The notes under the pieces are model-generated. The model did no database searches. It was not told the DNA's origin and saw only the letters and a list, made by a program, of their open reading frames with translations. A stretch of DNA of 63,712 bases, the filler included, from Octopus bimaculoides (Eukaryota), in the NCBI RefSeq assembly GCF_001194135.2. It is 6 parts of 6 records of this genome, joined end to end, with 100 filler letters (N's around TTAATTAATTAA, not from the genome) between each part and the next. Parts side by side here need not be neighbours in the genome. Positions count along the whole stretch, not along the records: positions 1 to 21,753 come from NC_068981.1; positions 21,854 to 52,265 come from NC_069010.1; 4 more parts are not named here. One strand, 5' to 3'. Positions 12,467 to 24,152 of this stretch are shown piece after piece; the first letter of the stretch is position 1; each line of letters starts with the position of its first letter. A program made the position numbers and the translations under genes.

Positions 12467-12535
12467 ATATATATATATATATATACACACTCATACACAC
12501 ATACATACATGCATATACAAAAATGAAGTATGTAT
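11805..12535. repeat. Inverted pair of compound microsatellite blocks around a purine-rich spacer
   Basis: 11805-11960 is the reverse complement of 12366-12535, including non-repetitive bits (ATGCTTCATTTTTGTATATGC / GCATATACAAAAATGAAGTAT). Confidence 0.8.
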
Positions 12536-13818
12536 GTGAATGTATGTATGTATGTATATAACTAAATATATATAAATATATATAATTAATTGAGTTTTTA
12601 CCTGTAATTTTGGATTTTGTCCCTAATATTGTTATATATATNNNNNNNNNNNNNNNNNNNNNNNNNNNNNNNNNNNNNNNNNNNNNNNNNNNNNNNNNNN
12701 NNNNNNNNNNNNNNNNNNNNNNNNNNNNNNNNNNNNNNNNNNNNNNNNNNNNNNNNNNNNNNNNNNNNNNNNNNNNNNNNNNNNNNNNNNNNNNNNNNNN
12801 NNNNNNNNNNNNNNNNNNNNNNNNNNNNNNNNNNNNNNNNNNNNNNNNNNNNNNNNNNNNNNNNNNNNNNNNNNNNNNNNNNNNNNNNNNNNNNNNNNNN
12901 NNNNNNNNNNNNNNNNNNNNNNNNNNNNNNNNNNNNNNNNNNNNNNNNNNNNNNNNNNNNNNNNNNNNNNNNNNNNNNNNNNNNNNNNNNNNNNNNNNNN
13001 NNNNNNNNNNNNNNNNNNNNNNTCTCTCTCTCTCTCTCTCTCTTCGATGCAGGCTTAATGGTATTATCATCACTCATTCATTCACCGAGGAAACATCTAT
13101 TTAGTAAAGCTCGCCCTGCAAGAATTAGCAGCTAAATGTCCCCTGAAATTACGTCATATCTTATTCCATAAGAAAGAAAAAAAGAAACGAGAAGTCACTT
13201 CTTTGACAATGTAGTGTTTGGGTCATCCATTGTCTACTTCGTGTTTATGTGGACAATGGATGCACACAAAGACGAGATAGTCAAGGCTGGGACATCTTTG
13301 TTCATAGTTCGGTTTGTTCAGATTGAATATTATACGTGTTCACAACCATTTCACTCAACCCACCCTCCCACTCATTCACTCACTTACCCTCTATCTCTTT
13401 GAAATGTTCGTCCTTTCTTTCACGTATATACTTCGTTTACTCACCCAACTAACCATTCACTAACTCCCTTTCTAACCAATATTCCCTCCCTTCCAATTCG
13501 ACCACTCATCTTTCAAATAAACTCACCCATTCAATTAGTTTTCTTTTTCAAATCAACCTACTACTGAACCGCACGCTCACTCACTCTTTTAGCATCTCCG
13601 GAACTTAGTTCTTTTCCCATATTAATCGCTCCCTTATACTTAATGTTTCACCAACTGTGACTATACGTGGCTCTGTTTCCTTATTTGGCCTCCTACCAAC
13701 CCAATCATTGTCAACAAACTGGAATTCGTTCTATTCTTTCCGATCATATATCCAGTTTACTCAGTTACAGACACCACTCAAAGAACAGTCAACACTTTAG
13801 CAGCTTTACGAAGTTCTC

Positions 13819-14203
13819 GCGCAGGCGTGGTTGTGCGGTAAGAATATTGCTGCCCAACCACATGGTTCCGTGTTCAGTCTCACTGCGTGGCACCTTGGGC
13901 AAGTATCTTCTACTATAGCCTCGGGCCGACCAAATCCTTGTGAATGGATTTAGAAGACAGAAACTGAAAGAAGCTCGTCATATATATGCATATATTTGTG
14001 TGTCTGTGTTTGTTCCCCACACCATCGATTGACAACCACTGATGGTGGTGTGTTTACGTCCCCGTAACTTAGCGGTTCGTCGAAAGAGACCGATAGAATA
14101 AGTACTAGGCTTACAAAGAATAAGGCCTGGGGTCGATGTGTTCGACTAAAGGCGGTGCTCCAGCATGGCCACAGTCAAATGACTGAAGCAGGTGAAAGAA
14201 TAT
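13819..14203 (+). mobile_element. tRNA-derived SINE family B, full length
   Basis: tRNA-like head, TTGGGCAAGT core, internal (TA/TG) tract, tail GGTGCTCCAGCATGGCCACAGTCAAATGACTG. Confidence 0.9.
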
Positions 14204-14211
14204 AAATATAT

Positions 14212-14741
14212 ATACAGAAATAAATCTTTTATTCTCAAACGCGTGATAATTCTAATAAAATAGCATGAACAGGATAAATTATCCATACATTGCAGAAAAA
14301 TACGTTACGACCAGCCTTGAGACTCGAACTCACATCCCTGTGATTACGCATCAAGATTTTTACTATTAGGCTAATCTTCCCAGTAACGAATTCTTCTGCA
14401 ATTTTAGAACTTATAAATTTAGCTTCATAAGACGCCAACGTTAAATTCAACTTATGATGAAAGTAAACAAACAGAGTTTGTTTCAGAAGCGTTGAGGTGT
14501 ATTGAAGGATACAGAAATAAATCTTTTATTCTCAAACGCGTGATAATGGTAATAAAATAGCGTGAACAAATTAAATATTCATACATTGCAGAAAGATACG
14601 TTACCGGCCAGCCTTGAGACACGAACTCACATACCTGTTATTACGCGTTAAGTGCTTTACCATTAAGCTAAACTGCTCAGTAACGAATTCATCTGCAATT
14701 TTAGAACTTAAGTTCTAAAATTGCAGGAGAATTCGTTACTG
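14212..14741 (-). mobile_element. 297-bp tandem duplicate of a tRNA-like element ending in a palindrome
   Basis: Units start at 14212 and 14509; minus-strand tRNA-like segments 14311-14383 and 14608-14680 (TAGCTTAATGGT A-box, GAGTTCG B-box); palindrome 14678-14741 centred on TTAA. Confidence 0.65.
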
Positions 14742-14808
14742 GCCAAATCAAGTTCAAATCTCTTGAGCACTTCAAAGTATATTCCATATAGAGAACATCT
14801 GTTTCTCA

Positions 14809-14865
<57 letters not shown>

Positions 14866-15819
14866 NNNNNNNNNNNNNNNNNNNNNNNNNNNNNNNNNNN
14901 NNNNNNNNNNNNNNNNNNNNNNNNNNNNNNNNNNNNNNNNNNNNNNNNNNNNNNNNNNNNNNNNNNNNNNNNNNNNNNNNNNNNNNNNNNNNNNNNNNNN
15001 NNNNNNNNNNNNNNNNNNNNNNNNNNNNNNNNNNNNNNNNNNNNNNNNNNNNNNNNNNNNNNNNNNNNNNNNNNNNNNNNNNNNNNNNNNNNNNNNNNNN
15101 NNNNNNNNNNNNNNNNNNNNNNNNNNNNNNNNNNNNNNNNNNNNNNNNNNNNNNNNNNNNNNNNNNNNNNNNNNNNNNNNNNNNNNNNNNNNNNNNNNNN
15201 NNNNNNNNNNNNNNNNNNNNNNNNNNNNNNNNNNNNNNNNNNNNNNNNNNNNNNNNNNNNNNNNNNNNNNNNNNNNNNNNNNNNNNNNNNNNNNNNNNNN
15301 NNNNNNNNNNNNNNNNNNNNNNNNNNNNNNNNNNNNNNNNNNNNNNNNNNNNNNNNNNNNNNNNNNNNNNNNNNNNNNNNNNNNNNNNNNNNNNNNNNNN
15401 NNNNNNNNNNNNNNNNNNNNNNNNNNNNNNNNNNNNNNNNNNNNNNNNNNNNNNNNNNNNNNNNNNNNNNNNNNNNNNNNNNNNNNNNNNNNNNNNNNNN
15501 NNNNNNNNNNNNNNNNNNNNNNNNNNNNNNNNNNNNNNNNNNNNNNNNNNNNNNNNNNNNNNNNNNNNNNNNNNNNNNNNNNNNNNNNNNNNNAAACTTC
15601 CATGTACCTGGTATTAGTAGCTGGTACGAGTTTACATCACTACTGACTGAAATAGTCGAACACGTAATTCTCAATGATGAGATAAAAGAGACAAGACATT
15701 CACACCCATAGCCATACTAAATGAGTTGTATCTTTTACATCAACTCGCACCAAACCGGATATATATCATATGAATCTGAGTTTTCATGTGTGAAGAGCTG
15801 ATATTGTACTCTCCGTTGA

Positions 15820-15925
15820 TTCATCATCATCATCATCGTCGTCGTCGTCGTCATCATCATCATCATCATCGTCGTCGTCGTCGTCGTCATCATCATCATC
15901 ATCATCATCATCGTTATCATCAATA
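15820..15925. repeat. Alternating (CAT)n/(CGT)n trinucleotide repeat
   Basis: Direct reading. Confidence 0.9.
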
Positions 15926-16064
15926 TCAAACTCTGGATATTACAGTCTCGAGTCCTAGGACACATAGGAATGATAACCCGATTTCCGATTTCCACGAGTG
16001 ACCAAAATCACAACATTTCCCCTAAACAGGATGTTAGTGAGTCGTAGGGTTACACATTTACTAC

Positions 16065-16356
16065 TGAGTCGACTGGGACAACGTGAAATAACATGTTTTT
16101 CTAAAGAACACAACACACCGCCGGCCCGGAAATAGAAACCACGATCTAGCAGGCAATACTATAACCACTAAGCCACGCACCTTCACGTCCAGAAATTACA
16201 CGAATCTATATTGATTTTAAATTTTGGTACAAGGCTAGCAATTTGGGGGGAAGGGGCTAGTCGGTTACATCGACCCCAGTGCGCGACTGGTACTAATTAT
16301 ACCGATCCCCGAAAAGATGAAAGGCAAAGTCGACCTCGGCAGAATTTGAATTCAGA
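16065..16356 (-). mobile_element. SINE C-type head (16065-16188) and SINE D fragment (16220-16356)
   Basis: AACCACTAAGCCACGCACCTTCAC head; TCGACCCCAGTGC...GAATTTGAATTCAGA body. Confidence 0.7.
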
Positions 16357-17901
16357 NNNNNNNNNNNNNNNNNNNNNNNNNNNNNNNNNNNNNNNNNNNN
16401 NNNNNNNNNNNNNNNNNNNNNNNNNNNNNNNNNNNNNNNNNNNNNNNNNNNNNNNNAAAAAAAAAAAGAAGAAACAATAAAAGATAAATATGGTGCAACT
16501 AGTTTCGTTCTACTTTTATTTTTATATGCAAATGCATCAATTGTTGACTAATTTGACCTCTTAAGAACCTGAAATTCTTTCATACATCAGTTAAGTACTG
16601 GCATTATTGATGTTTCCATACTACATTCAAAACGTGAATCATTCTGAGAAATTGTTTTCTGAAGAACAATGATGCTTTTCGATTTTTCTGTGGTAAAACT
16701 CGATTGTGGGGTGTCTTCATTTGCATTTTTGCTAACTTTTTAGAGCGTCATAAATTTGACGCTCGTCATCAGCATATAATTTAGCCTAGATAAAATTTCC
16801 ATCGACCGCCTCAAATCTCACTTCCTGTGCAATTTGTACAAATGAATTGCACTATTGAAACTGTTTCATCCTGTATACTATGATCTTCTTGAATCTCATT
16901 TGGATACAGTTTTTTTTAAACTCCCGTGAAATATGTACGTTTATCTTAATGCGTTTCTTTAAAATTTTTATTTCTTGCATATTGTTAATTTTTCAGAATT
17001 TTTAGATGGATTAATATCTAACTAGTTTAAAATATCTTCTTTGGTAATATGCTTTGAGAATGGAATTAACTCCCTGTAGTTGCAAAACTGTGTTTGATGG
17101 AATGAAGCTGTTCGAGCCTCTGGAAAGAATCAAAATTTCAAGGCATTTAAGAAGTGCTGTGCAAAAGCAGAAGTGTTTTAGGCTCGAAATTATTCTTCTC
17201 ATAATAAATTTTACAGTAGGACTAAAATCTTCAACCAAATATTCAGTAATCGAATCTTACGTAACTAGAACCTTCCATATGACAGGAACATGTGAGTGAC
17301 TGGCTGCCTTCTTTTGAACGCATAAATATATCAACGTGAGGGTTACTGTAAAGAGGTGGGTTTAAAAAAAACGAAAAATTTGCAAGCACTTTTCATTACA
17401 CTTGGACTGATGGTAGTCTCTCGTAGTCTGACAGTTCTGCAATTGTTTGCTGAACAAACAAGGCTTTGGTCGGCCCGAGGCTATAAAACAAGATACTTAC
17501 CCAAGGTACCACGCAGTAGGACTGAACTCGGAACATTGGAGTTAGGAATCAATCTTTTTACCACACAGTTATGCCTGGATATTTATTTCTAATTACTGTA
17601 CTTTAAGGATTTGAGAAATTGCTACACTAGTAGTACTATGTATAACGAGGAGCAGACACGTAAAAATGTAAAAGTTAAATGAAGTGTGACTGATTGATTG
17701 TTTTATTTTCAATACAAAAGAAAAAACAAAAGTAACACGAGGTTTCCTTATGAGGTAAACATTTAGGCGAGAAATTTAAGCGCGAGGTTTTATTGATATT
17801 TACGTCATTTTGGCTGCAAATTGAAGTATTGGAATATATATACGCGTGTGTATGTGTGTGCGTGTGTGTGCGTGTGTGTGTATGTGAGGGTGCGTAGATA
17901 T

Positions 17902-18993
17902 ACAGGGTGCGAAGAATAAATTGTCGTCTAAATTTCGCAAAAATGAAAGTAGCATTGACATCTCATTTTAACAGATATATTTACCCAAATTACATAAAAA
18001 ATCTTGAAATACTGAAGAGTAAATTTATTCAATCAAACCGTCATTGGCTTCAACCACGGCCTCCAGACGACTTAGGAATCTCCTGCAATTCTTCTGGCTG
18101 GTGAATGCTGCCATTATTCTTGCCTTCAGTTCATCTTTGGTGTTACAAGGGGTTTTGTTGGTCTCTCGCTCAGCTGCGCCCCGCACATAATAATCAAGGG
18201 GGCAGCAGTCTGGGGAGTTAGGTGGGCAGATCTTAGAGGTGGTGTGGACGCAGAACTTGTCTGATAGCTATGACTGGGTTTTCCTGCCTGTGTGGCACGG
18301 TGCCGAGTCCTGTTGCCAGACGACATAGGGTGTTCCAGCAGCCACCCTCTTGACCCAAGGCAGCACTATCTCCTTCAGGCACTTAATGTAGGCCTCCCTG
18401 TTGAGTGTGAGGTCGTGTGGGAAGATGAATGGAGGCATAACGTCGCCATCACTAGTGATCACTCAAAACACCATGATGTTGACTGGATGTTTGATTTTTA
18501 TCACTCTCGGTACATGTTTTGGGGACAAGGCAAGCCAACAGTTGTTCTGTGTGTTTACCATCTGATCCTGACAGAAATTTTTCTCGTCTGAGAAAAACCC
18601 AAGCATGTTCAGTTGGAGGAGGAGGTGTTTGAGCTTGTTCAAAAGCTTTGTGGCGCGGTTTTTCCTCTTGTCCTTGTTGGCTTGGGCTAAAAAAAATGGT
18701 CCTTTCTCATTTTGTACGAGGAATACCGAATGCTTTCATGTACTGCCTGCCTGATAAGAAACTCAGACACTCCCATGTCCCTGGCGATGAACCTGATTGA
18801 CTTGGAGTGAGTTTTTCAAGCTGTCGTAACTTCATAATCACCATTAGACTCATCCAACTCTTTCCGAATCCTCTGTACTGTCCTCAGACTGACACCAAAA
18901 CACCCTGAAATGTTCGTATTGGAACTTCCAACGCAAATAACAAGCAGTACAGCATGCCGTTTCCAAATTTCTGGCTGAGTGAATTGCATCATA
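17902..18993 (-). mobile_element. Tc1/mariner DD37D (maT-type) transposon relic 1
   Basis: Translation includes FFSDEKNF, MVFGVITSDG, WQQDSAPCH...NSPDCCPLDYYV (37 residues between D2 and D3); stops and a deletion; TA-CAGGGTG end at 17900-17908. Confidence 0.9.
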
Positions 18994-19439
18994 GTGCTGT
19001 TTTAGCCATAATAACAAGAAAAAACATACAGAGACCCAACAAATGTTTTGTTTATGTTTTAATATACCAAGGTAAGTATCTTTAAGAGGTAAGAGAAATA
19101 AGATAATAGCCCTTTTTTCGTTACGATGGTAACGAGCAATATTAGAAAATAAGCCATAACACCTCGAAAAACGATACAGGCACCACACTAAAGTTATTGA
19201 TTGAGCGTCTGTGATGACGATGGTGTGTTACTAAACTCTCTGGTCCGAGTTTGGATGAGCGAGCGTCGTGTCAATAGCGTCGAGGTACAATCTTTTTCAG
19301 CCGTATTTTCGACCTTATTGCAAGCTTCACCGATTCTTCTTAACCAACTTTTTCGAATTACAGACATCGAGACAAAGAAAATGATATACTAACCTCGAAA
19401 ATGGCCAGGATAGCACTTACGACACTCTGTTACTAAATG

Positions 19440-20602
19440 CTTCATTTATTACAATAAAAGCATTTATTACTCAAAATTGCCGCCCTTATGAGCAATTACT
19501 GCCTCCACACGAGAACGAAAAACTTTTGCAGCTGCTGCAACTTCCGCCTTTTTGATTTTGTGTGTCGCACACATGATGCAGGTCTTCAAACTGTTGACAC
19601 TCGAGTATGGTGAAGCATTGGTCCTTGCTAGAAGTACAACCCATTAAAAGTAATCGAGGAAGTTGAAATCTTGGTTATTACTGAGCCAGATGGTGACCCT
19701 TACAAAAAATGGTAATTTCTCACCAAGGAAGGCCTGTGTTGATTTTGACCCATGGCATAGTGCAGAACCCTGGATAAGTATCACATTGTCAAGCCCAAAC
19801 TTCTGCTCCATCCAAGTTTACAGAGAGTTTTTTTAAGATGTCGAAATCTCTTTTGTGCCCATCTTCAAGCCAGACTCAATGAAACGTGGATCTATGACAA
19901 TTCCATCACTCGCCACGACTCCAAATACCATTACAATGGCAGGATTCTTAGTCTCAAACACAGTGGGGATGTCAAAAGTGTTGTATGCAATCACTCGAGA
20001 ATTTCTGTGATTCACCTCAGCGACCACATTGAACTTCTCGTCCACAAACACGAGAGTTTTTCCTGCACCTTGACGCTTGATAAATGACAGAAGCTTTGGG
20101 CATTTCTCGGCTCTGATTGCTTTAGCCTTGACAGTTGGAAGCCGACAGCGTCGTTGAACATAGATAGTCATGCCAAGGTTCCTGTTCACTAATCTGGACG
20201 CCGTGGAAAGGGACACATTACGTTTCTTTGTAAGAGTTGTCATGGGTTGTGGAAGAGTTGTGGGATGGGTTGGCTTCAATCGAGCGTTTGAGGCCAGCGA
20301 GAAACTTTGGATTGCGTTTGGATTTACTTCGAGTCTTGCGTCCTTTTCTATCAATTTTTCTCTCTTCTTTAAATGCGATAAACTGTTGCGTTTGAAAGTT
20401 TCTTCAACTTTCCAAAACAGCAATGGCGAAACGATTCTCTTGTTCCATGACTTTCTGTTGTCGAATCAGTTCGCAGTTCGCTATTTACCTGAAAAATAAA
20501 GAAGAGGGTTAGATTTTCAAGCAAGCAAGGTTTTGTCAAAAAATGAAATGTTAAACCCACTAAGCCAAGTGCTTAAATTTAGTCTTAATCTATCTGCAAG
20601 AC

Positions 20603-20606
<4 letters not shown>
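19440..20606 (-). mobile_element. Tc1/mariner DD37D (maT-type) transposon relic 2
   Basis: ORF 19833-20423 with VFVDEKF and KNPAIVMVFGVVASDG, continuing after a frameshift into IQGSALCH...NQDFNFLDYF; CAGGGT end near 20601-20606. Confidence 0.9.
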
Positions 20607-20663
<57 letters not shown>

Positions 20664-20858
20664 NNNNNNNNNNNNNNNNNNNNNNNNNNNNNNNNNNNNN
20701 NNNNNNNNNNNNNNNNNNNNNNNNNNNNNNNNNNNNNNNNNNNNNNNNNNNNNNNNNNNNNNNNNNNNNNNNNNNNNNNNNNNNNNNNNNNNNNNNNNNN
20801 NNNNNNNNNNNNNNNNNNNNNNNNNNNNNATATTTATATGCTATCCTTTATACCTTTA

Positions 20859-20907
<49 letters not shown>

Positions 20908-21243
20908 ACACATGCCCTTATATGTCATATATGATATATATGGGTATGTGTGTATGCATATATATATATATATATATCTGTCTATACACACACACATTCG
21001 CACATACATGCAAAAAGACGCACACTCATATTCTACGAGGAGACCAACCATGTGAATAAATGTCTTTTTTTTTTTTGGTATCTTGCATTATTTTATCTCT
21101 TCCCCTTACCTCTTTCCTTTTATTTGTCTATTCTTTTTCTGTTTTCTTTTCAAAACGCTGGTTTAGGCTTACATCTGCCGCATAAGTCGACCCCGCAAAC
21201 ACCCAGTCGTCGGCTCATATATTTGATAATCATCTCTCAACAG

Positions 21244-21301
21244 TCATTCCTACCGATAGTACTGTACATTGTTGTGAATTATCCTCATACCGATCAACAA
21301 G
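21244..21301 (+). CDS. Candidate 58-nt internal exon (xIPTDSTVHCCELSSYRST)
   Basis: catctctcaacag acceptor and AAG|gtaacg donor; phase 1 to 2 open; an alternative acceptor at 21166 gives an open 135-nt exon. No homology recognised. Confidence 0.25.
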
Positions 21302-21448
21302 GTAACGTCTGATAGCATCTTGACACAAAAGCTGATTATGTTATGCAAAGTCTTCCACTGAAATGTGATATAATCGACATTTTCAGTCCCATCTTCTGAG
21401 GATTAACGACATCTCTGCCTGTCTTTTTTTCGTATGTATGTGCCTGAC

Positions 21449-21753
21449 TGGAGGCGCAATGGCCCAGTGGTTAGGGCAGCGGACTCGCGGTCATAGGATC
21501 GCGGTTTCGATTCCCAGACCGGGCGTTGTGAGTGTTTATTGGGCAAAAACACCTAAAGCTCCACGTGGCTCCGGCAGGGGATGGTGGCGAACCCTACTGT
21601 ACTCTTTCACCACAACTTTCTCTCACTCTTTTTTCCTGTTTCTGTTGTGCCTGTAATTCAAAGGGTCAGCCTTGTCACACTGTGTCACGCTGATTATCCC
21701 CCGAGAACTACGTTAAGGATACACGTGTCTGTGGAGTGCTCAGCCACTTGCAC
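21449..21753 (+). mobile_element. SINE family A, truncated by gap
   Basis: Identity to the other A copies. Confidence 0.9.
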
Positions 21754-22890
21754 NNNNNNNNNNNNNNNNNNNNNNNNNNNNNNNNNNNNNNNNNNNNTTA
21801 ATTAATTAANNNNNNNNNNNNNNNNNNNNNNNNNNNNNNNNNNNNNNNNNNNNGCTACACTGCCAGTGCACTCTTGCCTCGCTCAACTCCAACACCACCA
21901 TCACATCATTATTTCCTGAAATATCCCAACTTCCTGTGAAGACTATGAAAGAGGTGTAAGGCTGTGGTGGTGGTGGCGGCGGTGGCGGTGTAAAGGGATC
22001 TAGGTGCTGCAGGTGAGTAGTGGGGGTGCGGTCGGGGTGGTGGTGGTGGTGATGGTGTGCCTTTCCCTTAATTGTATTAACGAGTCAGATGTGAATTTTA
22101 GTTAATTTAAAGGATCTCATGTATATTTGTGTGTGTACCTGTGTTTATTCAGCTGTGTGTGTGTGTATAATAAAAAGGAAAAGATAAAAGCTTCTTCCTG
22201 GGTCATAGGGGCTCAAAGGACCAGTTTCCCAGTTCCTGTGACATAAGTATTCCCGTTCAGAGGGGTCTCAGTCCATCACTGGCTTATTCATTTTTGCCAG
22301 CTGAGTGGCCTGGAATAATGTGAAAATGAAGAGTGGCTGTGTGGTAAGTAGCTTGCTTACCAACCACATGGTTCCGNNNNNNNNNNNNNNNNNNNNNNNN
22401 NNNNNNNNNNNNNNNNNNNNNNNNNNNNNNNNNNNNNNNNNNNNNNNNNNNNNNNNNNNNNNNNNNNNNNNNNNNNAGTCCAGGGGCACTGGCAACGATC
22501 TCGCTCGAAAACCCTACATATATATACACATATATATATATACACACATATACATACATACATACATACATATATATAAAGTTTAAAAGAAGCAGAAAGT
22601 GGAGAAAACTTTTGATCAACAAACAAATTAACCACCATGTTTTGATTATCTTTTTATACAAAACTTTAACATTGCTTACAGCTGTTTTGGCTACCAATGT
22701 CAGTCTGTGCTGCCAAAGAAAATTATGAGAATGCCATGCGTCCTCTCTATAGCAAATCCGATCGAGTAAATGGATCTTCTTCAGAGTGGATACAAATCCA
22801 TAAAAGAAAAGAAGAGGGAAGCGGCAAAAAACAGGGTCTCAATTCGAGGAAAGAAGGCTTAATAAATTAGAATCATTTTGCTGTGTACAG

Positions 22891-22940
22891 CTTGAAGTTG
22901 ATGAGGAAATGAGTAAACAAGCAAATAATCTAGAAAATTG
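22891..22940 (+). CDS. Candidate 50-nt internal exon (LEVDEEMSKQANNLEN)
   Basis: cattttgctgtgtacag acceptor and TG|gtgagt consensus donor; only frame 0 is open. Confidence 0.35.
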
Positions 22941-23028
22941 GTGAGTTAATATTTTTTTAGGGGTACCATTGTGTATCAATAATAAGAAAATAAAACTAGT
23001 ATGTAAGTATAAACAGGAATTGCCATTC

Positions 23029-23287
23029 GCGGGGAGATTCAGTGTGACACAGAGTGTGACAAGGCTGGCCCCTTTGAATTACAGGTACAGCAGAAACAGG
23101 AAGAAAGAGTGAGAGAAAGTTGTGGTGAAAGAGTACAGCAGGGTTCGCCACCAACTCCTGCCAGAGCCTTGTGTAGCTTTAGGTGTTTTCACTCAATAAA
23201 CACTCACAACGACCGGTCTGTGAATTGAAACCGCCATCCTGCAACTGTGAGTCTGCTCCTCCTAACCACTGGGCCCTTGCGCCTCCA
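23029..23287 (-). mobile_element. SINE family A, partial and diverged
   Basis: Homology to family A head and body. Confidence 0.85.
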
Positions 23288-23989
23288 ACATTAATTATTA
23301 TATATATACAAGCCCAAAAGAACATCACATGAAATATATGTATTTCTTTTTTGCCCGCAGGGGGCTAAACATAGAGGGGACAAACATGGACAGACAAAGG
23401 GATTAAGTTGATTACATCAACCCCAGTACAGTACAGTAGGATTGGCTGATGATACTTAAGTGCTAACGAACAAAAGGTGAAATCAATTGATGACAAGGTA
23501 TTTGTTCTTGCTTTGTGGTTTATGCAAAAGTAAGACCTATTTTCGTTACAGTAATCCCTCGTCTATTGTGGGTGTTATGTTCCCAAACCCCTCACAACAG
23601 GTGAAAATCAGTGAAGTAGAAACAATAAAGTTCTGTATATTTAANNNNNNNNNNNNNNNNNNNNNNNNNNNNNNNNNNNNNNNNNNNNNNNNNNNNNNNN
23701 NNNNNNNNNNNNNNNNNNNNNNNNNNNNNNNNNNNNNNNNNNNNNNNNNNNNNNNNNNNNNNNNNNNNNNNNNNNNNNNNNNNNNNNNNNNNNNNNNNNN
23801 NNNNNNNNNNNNNNNNNNNNNNNNNNNNNNNNNNNNNNNNNNNNNNNNNNNNNNNNNNNNNNNNNNNNNNNNNNNNNNNNNNNNNNNNNNNNNNNNNNNN
23901 NNNNNNNNNNNNNNNNNNNNNNNNNNNNNNNNNNNNNNNNNNNNNNNNNNNNNNNNNNNNNNNNNNNNNTATACATATATATATATATA

Positions 23990-24152
23990 CGACGGGCTTC
24001 TTTCAGTTTCCGTCTACCAAATCCACTCACAAGGCTTTGGACGGCCCGAGGCTATAGTAGAAGACACTTGCCCAAGGTACCACGAAGTGGGACTGAACCC
24101 GGAACCATGTGGTTGGTAGGCAAGCCACTTACCACACAGCCACTCCTGCGCC
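23990..24152 (-). mobile_element. SINE family B 5' half
   Basis: GACGGGCTTCTTTCAG...CACAGCCACTCCTGCGCC. Confidence 0.85.

Noticed and set aside
16998-17293. Exon between ttttcag and gtgagt
   Set aside because: All three frames contain early stops.
22745-22790. Minus-strand CUGAAGA-A-GAUCC..GGAUU hairpin
   Set aside because: GAAA absent.
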